In this document: positions 16,448 through 25,397 of the stretch, one piece after another
Position numbering within the stretch: position 1 is the first letter of the stretch
Layout of the letters: every line of letters begins with the position of its first letter
Assembly (NCBI GenBank): GCA_017937195.1
Contig: JAGBEA010000048.1
Location: forward strand, 16,188 to 80,187
Source of the DNA: Oscillospiraceae bacterium
GTDB lineage: Bacteria; Bacillota; Clostridia; Oscillospirales; Oscillospiraceae
DNA length: 64,000 bases
Reading direction: 5' to 3'
Notes under the pieces: model-generated
Told to the model about the DNA's origin: nothing
What the model saw: only the letters and a program-made list of their open reading frames with translations
The model's database searches: none
Made by a program: the position numbers and the translations under genes

Positions 16448-17144
16448 AAACATTTTCTCCCCCGAATCCATCGCCGAGGCGGTGGAAGCGCTGCAGACCG
16501 GCATCCCCTTCGCCATCTGGGAGACCTTCTATGTGACGGTGGTGGCAACGCTGCTGGCACTGGTGCTGGGTCTGCCGCTGGGCGTGCTGCTGGTGGCAGG
16601 CGAGAAGAACGGCGTTCTGCCGCTGCCTGCGTGGCTGCTGAGCGTGCTGAACACGGTCATCAACCTGCTGCGCTCCATCCCGTTTCTGATCCTGATGATC
16701 ATGGTGTTCCCGCTGTCCCGTCTGCTGATCGGTACCACGGTGGGCACCACGGCTACCATCGTGCCTCTGGTGGTGGCGGCGTTCCCCTTCATCGCCCGTT
16801 TGGTGGAGGGCAGCCTGCGCGAGGTTGACCCCAACATCATCGAGGCGGCGCAGAGTATGGGCGCCACGCCTTTGCAGATCATCTGCAAGGTGATGATCCC
16901 TGAAAGCGTGCCGGGTCTGATCTCCAATGTGACCATCGCGCTGACCACCATTCTTGGCTACTCCGCCATGAGCGGCATCATCGGCGGCGGCGGTCTGGGC
17001 AAGATCGCCATCGACTACGGCTACTATCGCTATAAGTATCTGGTGATGTATATCGCCGTGATTTTGCTGATCATTCTGGTGCAGGTGTTCCAGAGCGTGG
17101 GCACCAAGCTGTCGGTGAAGAGCGATAAGCGGTTGAAGGGCTGA
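16440..17144 (+). CDS. metI: Methionine ABC transporter permease
   Basis: N..RSIPFLIL and EAAQSMGA motifs, GGGGLGKIAIDYGY. ATG 16440 follows GAGGAGG. Confidence 0.95.
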   Translation: MYKNIFSPESIAEAVEALQTGIPFAIWETFYVTVVATLLALVLGLPLGVLLVAGEKNGVLPLPAWLLSVLNTVINLLRSIPFLILMIMVFPLSRLLIGTTVGTTATIVPLVVAAFPFIARLVEGSLREVDPNIIEAAQSMGATPLQIICKVMIPESVPGLISNVTIALTTILGYSAMSGIIGGGGLGKIAIDYGYYRYKYLVMYIAVILLIILVQVFQSVGTKLSVKSDKRLKG

Positions 17145-17152
17145 TAAACAGT

Positions 17153-17186
17153 AAAAAGGCTGTCGGGTATACCGGCAGCCTTTTTT
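17153..17186 (+). terminator. Intrinsic terminator after metI
   Basis: AAAAAGGCTGTCGG-gtata-CCGGCAGCCTTTTTT. Confidence 0.8.
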
Positions 17187-17191
17187 GCTCC

Positions 17192-17217
17192 GTAGGGCGC
17201 GACAACTCGGCGTGCCG
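17192..17217 (+). repeat. GTAG-type REP-like palindrome
   Basis: GTAGGGCGCGACAACTCGGCGTGCCG, 2 mismatches to the other copies. Confidence 0.8.
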
Positions 17218-17257
17218 CCCCATTTGTGAACTTTCTGCAACATCTGCCCCCAACCCT

Positions 17258-17286
17258 TTGACAAGCGTCCCCAAAAGTGCTATATT
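17258..17286 (+). promoter_or_regulatory. Strong sigmaA promoter
   Basis: TTGACA-17 nt-TATATT with an extended -10 TG. Confidence 0.75.
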
Positions 17287-17317
17287 GCGGCTGAATACAG
17301 CTGAAAGGAGCAATAAT

Positions 17318-17509
17318 ATGGAAAAATTTGTCCCCTATGAGAAGCTCTCCAAGAAAAAGAAACGTGAGCTGGACGTTCGGCGCCGCGGCACGTGGTACGG
17401 CATCAACCCCGTCACCCGCAAGAGCGAGAATCCCAAGGCGTACAACAGAAGGAAGGCACAGAAGTGGAGCGATGACGCCCGCGACTGTGCCTTTTCTCTT
17501 TTTTCGTGA
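17318..17509 (+). CDS. Small basic protein, candidate alternative ribosome-rescue factor
   Basis: SD AAAGGAG, 63 aa, very Lys/Arg-rich, own promoter, terminator inside the CDS. Confidence 0.75.
   Translation: MEKFVPYEKLSKKKKRELDVRRRGTWYGINPVTRKSENPKAYNRRKAQKWSDDARDCAFSLFS
17453..17504 (+). terminator. Intragenic intrinsic terminator upstream of the ORF stop codon
   Basis: AAGGCACAG (17453-17461) pairs with CTGTGCCTT (17485-17493), with an inner stem 17464-17482. TTCTCTTTTTT follows and ends before TGA 17507-17509. Confidence 0.65.
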
Positions 17510-17565
17510 CATAGGCGGCAAATTTGTGGTATAATCGACACAGCTTTTAACGGAGGAATCCCCCT

Positions 17566-18285
17566 ATGGTAATGGTATTTGAAAAGGAATATGAGCTGCG
17601 CGGCTCGGATTTTGACTGCTGCGACCGTCTGCGCCCCGCCTCGGTGCTGGATCTGTTTCAGGACGTGGCAGGCATCCACGCCACCCGGCTGGGCGTAGGC
17701 TTTGACGATCTCATCGCCCGCGAGATGATCTGGGTGCTGACTAAGGTGAAGTACGAGGTGGTGGGTGCGGTACGCCGCTATGACCGTGTCCGCGTCCGCA
17801 CTTGGCCGCTGCCCCCCAGCCGCGTCAATTTCCGCCGCGAGTATTGTATCGAGGAATTGGACGGTACGCCGCTGGTGCACGGCACCTCCGAGTGGGTGGT
17901 GGTGCACAGCGAGAAGCGCCGCGTGCTGCCGGCAGGCAATGTGTATCCCGATGAGGAGTACTGCCTGCAGCAGCTGTTTGAGGGGCGTCTGCGGAAGATC
18001 CCCGCCGCGCCGGCGGAGGGGGCGGGCTACGGCGTGACCCCCACCTTCACCCATCTGGATATCAACGGCCATGTGAATAACACCAAGTACGCCGACTATG
18101 TGCTGGATGCGCTGCAGCTGCCGCAGGGCAAGGCGGTGCGCGCGTTCCAGATCGACTACCACCGCGAGCTGCTGCTGGGTACGCCGGTGCAGCTGCACTG
18201 GCAGTGGCAGGAGGATACGGCGCTGGTGTGCGGCAGAAACGCAGAAGGGGAGAATATGTTCTGCTGCAGCGTGGTGTGTGAATAG
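17566..18285 (+). CDS. Acyl-ACP thioesterase (FatA/FatB-like)
   Basis: Double hotdog fold, DINGHVNNTKYADY motif. Confidence 0.9.
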   Translation: MVMVFEKEYELRGSDFDCCDRLRPASVLDLFQDVAGIHATRLGVGFDDLIAREMIWVLTKVKYEVVGAVRRYDRVRVRTWPLPPSRVNFRREYCIEELDGTPLVHGTSEWVVVHSEKRRVLPAGNVYPDEEYCLQQLFEGRLRKIPAAPAEGAGYGVTPTFTHLDINGHVNNTKYADYVLDALQLPQGKAVRAFQIDYHRELLLGTPVQLHWQWQEDTALVCGRNAEGENMFCCSVVCE

Positions 18286-18379
18286 CGCGTAAAGGAAAAT
18301 GTCTTGCTCTGTCGAAAAAAGGGTGCTATACTTTGCGTAATGATAGTCCCCCGACTCAAAAATTGCCGGAGGTAACGGT

Positions 18380-19678
18380 ATGAAGATCAAGACCAAGAAA
18401 AGCACCTACGAAAAGGTGATGGCGCTGCCTCGCCCTGAGCATAAGCGCCCGCTGCGCCCTCATTTTCTGTTTCGGTTGCTGATCCGCCTGCTGTCCATTC
18501 CCGACCTGCTGTCGGCGCGCTTCACCTATGTGGCGGAGCGGATGGAGCTGGTGGGGGATCAGCCGTGTCTGATTCTGATGAATCACTCCAGCTTCATCGA
18601 TTTGAAGATCGCATCCAAGATCTTTTTCCCCAAGCCCTTCTGCATCGTCTGCACCTCGGACGGCTTTATCGGCAAGAATTGGCTGATGCGGCTGATCGGC
18701 TGCATCCCCACCAATAAGTTTGTCAGCGATATCAAGCTCATCGGCGATATGCGCTACGCCCTGCAGGAGAAGCAGTGCAGCGTGCTGATGTACCCCGAGG
18801 CCAGCTATACCTTTGACGGCACCGCCACGCCGCTGCCCCGCAAGCTGGGCGTGCTGCTGAAGAAGCTGAATGTGCCGGTGGTCACTGTCAACACCTTCGG
18901 CGCTTTTTCCCGTGAGCCGCTGTATAACTGCCTGCAGAAACGCAAAAAAGTGAGCGTGCAGGCCAAGGTGCGCTGCCTGCTGACCCCCGAGGAGATCCGT
19001 GAGCGCTCCGTGGCGGAGATCGACGCTATGCTGGACGAGGCCTTCACCTTTGACGGCTTTGCGTGGCAGCGTGAGAATCATGTGGAGATCGACGAGTCCT
19101 TCCGTGCCGACGGCTTGAACCGCATCCTCTACCGCTGCGCCGCCTGCGGCGCGGAGGGGCATATGGTGGGCAAGGGCATCCACCTCAAGTGCCACCACTG
19201 CGGCAAGGTCTACGAAATGGATAAGCTGGGTCGGCTGAAGGCGCTGCAGGGCAAAACGGAGTTCTCCCATATCCCCGATTGGTACCGCTGGCAGCGCCGG
19301 CAGGTGCGAAAAGAATTGGAGGAGGGTACCTATAAGCTGGAAGCCGATGTCAAGATCGGTATGCTGGTGGATCGCAAGGCCATCTATATGGTGGGCGAGG
19401 GGCATCTCCATCACGATGAAAACGGCTTCACCCTCACCGGCTGTGACGGCAAGCTGCAGTATAGCCAAGGCCCGCTGACCTGCTATAGTCTGTATGCCGA
19501 CTACTATTGGTACGAGATCGCCGATGTGATCTGTATCGGCACCAATGATGAGCTGTATTATTGCTTCCCCAAGGGCGGTGATGTGGTGGCAAAGACCCGC
19601 CTTGCCACGGAGGAGCTGTATAAAATGAAAAAGCGCCGTCCCGTCCGTGTAAAAACGGAAGAAGCGGCAACTGTGTAA
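18380..19678 (+). CDS. Lysophospholipid acyltransferase (PlsC-like) with C-terminal Cys-rich region
   Basis: NHSSFID (HX4D) and MYPEA motifs. C..C...C..C cluster near the C-terminus. Confidence 0.85.
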   Translation: MKIKTKKSTYEKVMALPRPEHKRPLRPHFLFRLLIRLLSIPDLLSARFTYVAERMELVGDQPCLILMNHSSFIDLKIASKIFFPKPFCIVCTSDGFIGKNWLMRLIGCIPTNKFVSDIKLIGDMRYALQEKQCSVLMYPEASYTFDGTATPLPRKLGVLLKKLNVPVVTVNTFGAFSREPLYNCLQKRKKVSVQAKVRCLLTPEEIRERSVAEIDAMLDEAFTFDGFAWQRENHVEIDESFRADGLNRILYRCAACGAEGHMVGKGIHLKCHHCGKVYEMDKLGRLKALQGKTEFSHIPDWYRWQRRQVRKELEEGTYKLEADVKIGMLVDRKAIYMVGEGHLHHDENGFTLTGCDGKLQYSQGPLTCYSLYADYYWYEIADVICIGTNDELYYCFPKGGDVVAKTRLATEELYKMKKRRPVRVKTEEAATV

Positions 19679-19686
19679 ATAAGTGA

Positions 19687-19717
19687 CCCCCGCAGCTTTG
19701 GCTGCGGGGGTTTTTCT
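19687..19717. terminator. Bidirectional terminator
   Basis: CCCCGCAGC-tttg-GCTGCGGGG plus T tract between convergent genes. Confidence 0.75.
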
Positions 19718-19753
19718 TATGAATGATAGGCTCCCTCTGATGAGGGAGGCAAT

Positions 19754-20224
19754 TCATAGGTGCTTTTCCTGCCGCAGCAGCGTCAGCAGCGCGGAGCAGC
19801 CGTCGTTGACATCCCGCCAGGTGGCGTCGAAATCACCGGTGTACCACGGGTCAGCCACATCGCCCGGGCGGTGGGTGAAGTCCAGCAGACGGCAGATCTT
19901 GTTCTGCGGATCGGTGGGGATGATGCGGGTGATGTTGCGCAGGTTGTAGCGATCCATACAGATGAGATAGTCGTAGCGGTCGTAGTCGTCGCGCCGCACC
20001 TGCCGCGCCGCGTGACCCTTGCAGCCGATGCCGTGCTGCGCCAGCTTCTGCCGCGCCGGCGGATAGACGCCGCAGCCGATCTCCTCGCGGCTGGTGGCAG
20101 CGGAGGCGATCTCAAAGTGCTGCTCCAAGCCTGCCTTGTGTACCATATCTTTCATCACATACTCTGCCATCGGACTGCGGCAGATGTTGCCGTGGCAAAC
20201 AAATAAGATTTTAATGGTGTCCAT
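19754..20224 (-). CDS. Low-molecular-weight protein tyrosine phosphatase
   Basis: FVCHGNICRSPMAE P-loop and VADPWY motif. Confidence 0.93.
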   Translation of the reverse strand: MDTIKILFVCHGNICRSPMAEYVMKDMVHKAGLEQHFEIASAATSREEIGCGVYPPARQKLAQHGIGCKGHAARQVRRDDYDRYDYLICMDRYNLRNITRIIPTDPQNKICRLLDFTHRPGDVADPWYTGDFDATWRDVNDGCSALLTLLRQEKHL

Positions 20225-20355
20225 CGTGCGCTCCTCGCTTTCTTGTGAGAATGATAGCACAGAACGCCGAAAAATGCAATAAACTGCATGTGCTGCGGAG
20301 TGTAGATTTACTTTTCCTCACCGCTGTGATATGATACACTAAAGGTGGTGATACC

Positions 20356-21303
20356 ATGGACGGAGTGTTTATTCGCAAAAAAGGGAGTATCTTTTTTGGG
20401 CTGGTAGTCTCTTTCGGTGTGCTCTGTATTGCGCGGTGCTGTTTCGCAGTTACCGGCGGAGAGAAAATGAACGCGCAAGGTGTGGCATCTCTTCTGGTTA
20501 TGGGAATTCTATGCGGCGCGATAGGTGTCTTTTTTGGACTGATGAATCGTGGTGCCTATATCCGCATTGGGGAAGACTGTATCAGCGCCAAGTACCATTG
20601 GTTTGGCAGATTGGATTGCCGGATCGATGATGTGGCTTTTGCGCAGGCTCAAATCAATGCCTTGACGATCCTACTGAAAAGCGGAAAACGGCACGTTATT
20701 GCAGGCGTTGTAAATGCAGGTGCGCTATGTGCCGCCATTCGCCGCCAGACCTTTACGGTTGAAAAGGAATCGCCCGATACTTTGCGGCAAAGACTATCCC
20801 AAGCGCAAGCAAAGCGCAAAAAAGCGTTTTGGTGGATGCTTGGCGCCATTTTGCTGATGTTTGGCAATATTATTATTACCGTTTGGTTGACAGACGGAAG
20901 AGATTTGCACGAATTCAGCCAACGGGATTGGGTCATCTTTTCCATCATGGGTGTTATCGAATTGGCAACCGTCATTGGCCTTTTCTGTGCGGCGCACCGC
21001 TATGGAAAGCTCGGATTTCCCATTCAATATCTGGAATACCGCTTGCGTGGTGCCACCATTGTGACCCATCCGCTCCCCACTGAGCGCGCCATAGCCGTCT
21101 ATACGGACGAAAACTACTTGAGGCGCGTGGTTGTGTGCGGTTTTCCCAATGAGGAGCAGATCTATATCTGCGTGCAGGAGCTTGTGGAAAATGACGAGTT
21201 GCACACCGCCTATACATCTGAGATTATCGCCAGTACAGAGGAGATAGAGGAAGGTGCGTTTTCTCAGTTGATGGATATTAGTGAATGCTTCATAAAACGG
21301 TAA
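20356..21303 (+). CDS. Hypothetical membrane protein, visibly lower GC than flanks
   Basis: 315-aa ORF with four hydrophobic segments and many A/T-ending codons. Confidence 0.7.
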   Translation: MDGVFIRKKGSIFFGLVVSFGVLCIARCCFAVTGGEKMNAQGVASLLVMGILCGAIGVFFGLMNRGAYIRIGEDCISAKYHWFGRLDCRIDDVAFAQAQINALTILLKSGKRHVIAGVVNAGALCAAIRRQTFTVEKESPDTLRQRLSQAQAKRKKAFWWMLGAILLMFGNIIITVWLTDGRDLHEFSQRDWVIFSIMGVIELATVIGLFCAAHRYGKLGFPIQYLEYRLRGATIVTHPLPTERAIAVYTDENYLRRVVVCGFPNEEQIYICVQELVENDELHTAYTSEIIASTEEIEEGAFSQLMDISECFIKR

Positions 21304-21308
21304 CCTTC

Positions 21309-21343
21309 AAACAGCCGCCTGCTATACCGCAGGCGGCTGTTTT
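21309..21343 (+). terminator. Intrinsic terminator
   Basis: AAACAGCCGCCTGC-tatacc-GCAGGCGGCTGTTTT. Confidence 0.8.
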
Positions 21344-21429
21344 ATGCGCGGGAAATCAGTGTTTTTTCTTCCCACAACCATCTTTCTATGCTATAATACA
21401 AGTGAATGAATCCGTTAAGGAGAGATAGT

Positions 21430-22218
21430 ATGATTACCATCCAGAACTATGTCCGCGCCCAAAGCTTGCAGGAGGCGTGGGAACTGAATCAGAACAAGCG
21501 CAGCCGTATCATCGGCGGTATGCTGTGGCTGAAAATGGGCAAGACCGCCGTCCACACCGCCATCGATCTCGGTGACCTCGGCTTGAACACCATCGAGGAG
21601 ACGGAGGAGGCATTTTCCATCGGCTGCTCCGTCACGCTGCGCCAGCTGGAATTGCACGAGGGACTGAATACCTATTTCGGCGGCGCCATCGCCGCGGCGG
21701 TGCGCGACATCGTGGGTGTGCAGTTCCGCAACCTCGCCACGGTGGGCGGCAGCATCTTCGGCCGCTTCGGCTTTTCCGATGTGCTGACGGTGTTTTTGGC
21801 GGCGGACAGCTATGTGGAGCTGTACCAAGGCGGCATCGTCGCGCTGGAGGAGTTTGTGAAGATGAAAAAGGATCGGGATGTGCTGGTGCGAGTGATCGTG
21901 AAAAAGCGCGGCGGACGCTTTGCCTACCACGCGATGCGCAATGCCCGCACCGATTTCCCCGTCCTCACCTGCGCCGTGGGCTGCGTAGAGGGTACATACC
22001 GCGCCGTCATCGGCGCCCGCCCCGCCCGCGCCCGCGTACTGTATGACGAGAAAAACCTGCTTGCCGGCATCATCACGGCGGATAGTGCCGCAGCCTTTGC
22101 CGAGTATGTGGCGAAAAAGATGCCCACCGGCAGCAATCACCGCGGCAGCGCCGCATATCGCACACACTTGGTCCGCGTGCTGACGGAGCGTGCAGTGCGG
22201 GAGATGGGAGGATGCTAA
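21430..22218 (+). CDS. Xanthine dehydrogenase-family FAD-binding subunit
   Basis: IIGGMLWL, VGVQFRNLATVGGS, SAAYRTHL motifs. Confidence 0.9.
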   Translation: MITIQNYVRAQSLQEAWELNQNKRSRIIGGMLWLKMGKTAVHTAIDLGDLGLNTIEETEEAFSIGCSVTLRQLELHEGLNTYFGGAIAAAVRDIVGVQFRNLATVGGSIFGRFGFSDVLTVFLAADSYVELYQGGIVALEEFVKMKKDRDVLVRVIVKKRGGRFAYHAMRNARTDFPVLTCAVGCVEGTYRAVIGARPARARVLYDEKNLLAGIITADSAAAFAEYVAKKMPTGSNHRGSAAYRTHLVRVLTERAVREMGGC

Positions 22219-22220
22219 CT

Positions 22221-22676
22221 ATGGAAATTACCGTCAAGCTCAACGGACGCAGCGTGTCGGCACTGATCGAGCCGGATCTGCTGCTGATCGATTTTCTCCG
22301 CGCCCAGGGCTGCCTCAGCGTCAAGCGGGGCTGTGAGACCGCCAACTGCGGACTTTGCACCGTACTGATGGACGATGTGCCGGTGCTGTCCTGCTCCGTG
22401 CTGGCGGCTCGCGCCCACGGACACAGCATCACCACGCTGGAGGGTCTGCAGACCGAGGCTGCCGATTTCGTGGGCTTCATCGCCGATCAGGGCGCGGAGC
22501 AGTGCGGCTTCTGCAACCCCGGCTTTGTGATGAACACCATCGCGCTGCTGCGGGAGAATCCCGATCCCACTGACGATGAGATTCGCGCCTACCTCGCCGG
22601 CAATCTGTGCCGCTGCAGCGGCTATGAGGGTCAGCTGCGTGGTATCCGCAATTATCTCAACAGCCGCAAGGGGTGA
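22221..22676 (+). CDS. Xanthine dehydrogenase-family 2Fe-2S subunit
   Basis: GCETANCGLCT, QCGFCNPG and GNLCRCSGY motifs. Confidence 0.93.
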   Translation: MEITVKLNGRSVSALIEPDLLLIDFLRAQGCLSVKRGCETANCGLCTVLMDDVPVLSCSVLAARAHGHSITTLEGLQTEAADFVGFIADQGAEQCGFCNPGFVMNTIALLRENPDPTDDEIRAYLAGNLCRCSGYEGQLRGIRNYLNSRKG

Positions 22677-22681
22677 GAAAT

Positions 22682-24973
22682 ATGGAAAAGCAGTATCAAA
22701 ATGTGAATCACGCCGTCCGTAAGAAGGACGCTATGCAGCTTTTGCTGGGCAAGGGCGTGTTTGTGGACGATCTTGCGCCCCGCGACGCGCTGACGGTCAA
22801 GCTGCTGCGCAGCCCCCACGCCAACGCCATCGTGGAGAGCATCAACGCCGAGATCGCCAAAAAAGTACCCGGCGTGGTGGATGTTTTCACTTGGGAGGAT
22901 GTGCCTCAAACCCGTTTTGCCATCGCCGGTCAGACCTACCCCGAGCCCAGTCCCTATGACCGCCTGATCCTCGACCGCCACGTGCGCTATGTGGGCGATC
23001 CGGTTGCCATCATCGCCGCGGAGAATGAGAAGGCGGCGCTGAAGGCGATGAAGCTCATCCGCGTCAAATATCAGGTTTTGCCTGCGGTGCTGGACTATCA
23101 TACCGCCAAGGATAACGAGATACTCGTCCACGATGAGGCGGATTGGGAATTGCTGCTGCCGGTAGGCGGTGACAATCGCCGCAATCTGGTGTCGGTGGAC
23201 GAGATGGGACACGGCGATGTGGAGGCGGTGATGGCGGATTGCGATGTGGTCATCGACCGCACCTACCACACCAAGGCCTGCCAGCAGGCCATGATGGAGA
23301 CCTTCCGCACCTGCACCCAGCTGGATCGCTACGGACGGCTCCACGTCATCTCCTCCACCCAGATCGTGTTCCACGTGCGCCGTATTCTCAGCCGCGCACT
23401 GGGCATCCCCAAGAGCCGGATCCGCGTGGAAAAGCCCCGTATCGGCGGCGGCTTCGGCGCCAAGCAGACAGCGGTGTGCGAGGTGTATCCCGCCTTTGTC
23501 ACCGTCAAAACCGGCCGCCCTGCCAAGCTGATCTTTACCCGTGAGGAGTGCCAGACGGCAGGCAGCCCCCGCCACGAGATGGAGCTGCGGGTGCGCCTTG
23601 GCGCTGACCGCGATGGCCATATCCGCGCGCTGGATATGACCGTCCTCTCCAATACCGGCGCCTATGGCGAACACGGCTCTGCCACCGTGGGACTGACCCG
23701 CGAAAAGACGGCGCCCCTCTATACCGGCGGACTGGAAGCCCACCGCTGGCGCAGCGAGGTGGTGTATACCAACCTGCAGCCGGCCGGTGCGTACCGCGGC
23801 TTCGGTGCCACGCAGGGCATCTTCGCCGTGGAATCGGCAGTTAACGAGCTGGCGGAGCAGTTAGGGATCGATCCCACCGTCATCCGCGAGAAGAATATGG
23901 TGCGCGAGGGTATGCAGATGCCGGCGTACTACGACAATATGGCCAACGCCTGCGCGCTGGACCGCTGTATGTCCCACTGTCGCGAGATGTTCGGTTGGGA
24001 GCAGCGTTATCCCGTGCGCGATATGGGTAACGGCAAGGTGCGCGCCGCCGGCGTGGCGATGGCCATGCAGGGCAGCTGCATTCCCGATATTGATATGGCA
24101 TCCGCTACCGTCAAGCTCAGCGATGACGGCACCTATAACCTGATCCACGGCGCGGCGGATATGGGTACGGGCAGCGATACGATCCTCTCCCAGATCGCCG
24201 CGGAGTGTATGGGCTGCAGCGTAGAGGATGTGGCGGTGTTCAGCGCCGACACGGATGTGTCCCCCTACGATTCCGGCTCCTACGCCTCGTCCACCACCTA
24301 TGTCACCGGTAAGGCGGTGGTGAAGGCCTGCGGCGAGCTGAAAGAGAAGATCTGCGCCGTAGGCGCGAAAATGCTCTCTTGCCCCGTAGAGGAAACGGAG
24401 TTCGTGGGCAGCGGCGTCCGCCACACGGTGACGGGCAAGGAGGTTAGTATCGCCGATATCTCCTATCACGCCCAGTGCGGCAATACTGTTGCCGTGCAGG
24501 CCACCGCCTCCCACACCTCGCCGGTGTCGCCGCCGCCCTATATGGTGGGTATGGCGGAGATCGAGCTGGATCGGGAGACCGGCCATGTGACGGTGCTGGA
24601 CTATATGGCGGTGGTGGACTGCGGTCTGCCCATCAACCCCGCCCTTGCCCGCGCGCAGGCGGAGGGCGGCATCGTGCAGGGCATCGGTATGGCGCTGTAT
24701 GAGGATGTGAACTATAATGCTGCCGGCAGACCCATTGAGTCGTCGCTGATGCAGTATAAGATCCCCACGCGCCTCGATATGGGTACGCTGCGTGTGGAGT
24801 TTGAGCATAGCTGTGAGCCCACCGGCCCCTATGGCGCCAAGTCTGTCGGTGAGATCGTCATCAACACCCCCGGACCCGCCATCGCCCACGCCATCTATCG
24901 CGCCACCGGCGTGTGGCACCGTGAGCTGCCCATCCTGCCCGAGCATATCGCCCTTGCGAAAGTGGAAGAATAA
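22682..24973 (+). CDS. Xanthine dehydrogenase-family molybdopterin-binding subunit
   Basis: IGGGFGAKQ, AYRGFGATQG, GAADMGTG, QAEGGIVQG and GAKSVGE motifs. Confidence 0.93.
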   Translation: MEKQYQNVNHAVRKKDAMQLLLGKGVFVDDLAPRDALTVKLLRSPHANAIVESINAEIAKKVPGVVDVFTWEDVPQTRFAIAGQTYPEPSPYDRLILDRHVRYVGDPVAIIAAENEKAALKAMKLIRVKYQVLPAVLDYHTAKDNEILVHDEADWELLLPVGGDNRRNLVSVDEMGHGDVEAVMADCDVVIDRTYHTKACQQAMMETFRTCTQLDRYGRLHVISSTQIVFHVRRILSRALGIPKSRIRVEKPRIGGGFGAKQTAVCEVYPAFVTVKTGRPAKLIFTREECQTAGSPRHEMELRVRLGADRDGHIRALDMTVLSNTGAYGEHGSATVGLTREKTAPLYTGGLEAHRWRSEVVYTNLQPAGAYRGFGATQGIFAVESAVNELAEQLGIDPTVIREKNMVREGMQMPAYYDNMANACALDRCMSHCREMFGWEQRYPVRDMGNGKVRAAGVAMAMQGSCIPDIDMASATVKLSDDGTYNLIHGAADMGTGSDTILSQIAAECMGCSVEDVAVFSADTDVSPYDSGSYASSTTYVTGKAVVKACGELKEKICAVGAKMLSCPVEETEFVGSGVRHTVTGKEVSIADISYHAQCGNTVAVQATASHTSPVSPPPYMVGMAEIELDRETGHVTVLDYMAVVDCGLPINPALARAQAEGGIVQGIGMALYEDVNYNAAGRPIESSLMQYKIPTRLDMGTLRVEFEHSCEPTGPYGAKSVGEIVINTPGPAIAHAIYRATGVWHRELPILPEHIALAKVEE

Positions 24974-25010
24974 GAAAAAGACTCCCCCAGCGGGGAGTCT
25001 TTTTTTACAT
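24970..25010. repeat. Direct repeat 1 of a duplicated bidirectional terminator
   Basis: ATAAGAAAAAGACTCCCCCAGCGGGGAGTCTTTTTTTACAT, identical to 25358-25397 except for one extra C. Confidence 0.9.
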
Positions 25011-25055
25011 AACGAAAACCATTCGCTGGGCGAGTGGTTCAAAAAAAGGCTTCTG

Positions 25056-25306
25056 CCGATGATAAAAAATAAAACGAAAGAAGAAAGTGAATCTATATTT
25101 GCAGAAAAGTAAGCGGCTGAGCGGGTTAGACGCAGAGGCAATGCTACATTTAGCGGCTTACGGATTTGCCGCAGTAGAGCAAAGGAGGTCAAGGAACCAT
25201 CGGTTCCTTGCGGCGTTTTTGGTGACTTTTGTCGCTGGTGACAAAAGTTACCCGCCGGCGGCAGGACAGGCCATCGGCACAGCAGGGAGCGCGTGAGCGT
25301 CAGCGC
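25056..25306 (+). repeat. Structured dispersed repeat, copy 3
   Basis: Core hairpin at 25190-25210. Aligns with copy 4 from AAAATAAAACG to GCGTCAGCGC. Confidence 0.9.
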
Positions 25307-25357
25307 GGACGGGCAATCCTCATCATAGGGAGCCACCGATGCGCCCCCATCGAAAGC

Positions 25358-25397
25358 ATAAGAAAAAGACTCCCCAGCGGGGAGTCTTTTTTTACAT
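25358..25397. repeat. Direct repeat 2 of a duplicated bidirectional terminator
   Basis: See 24970-25010. Overlaps the TSUP stop codon. Confidence 0.9.
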
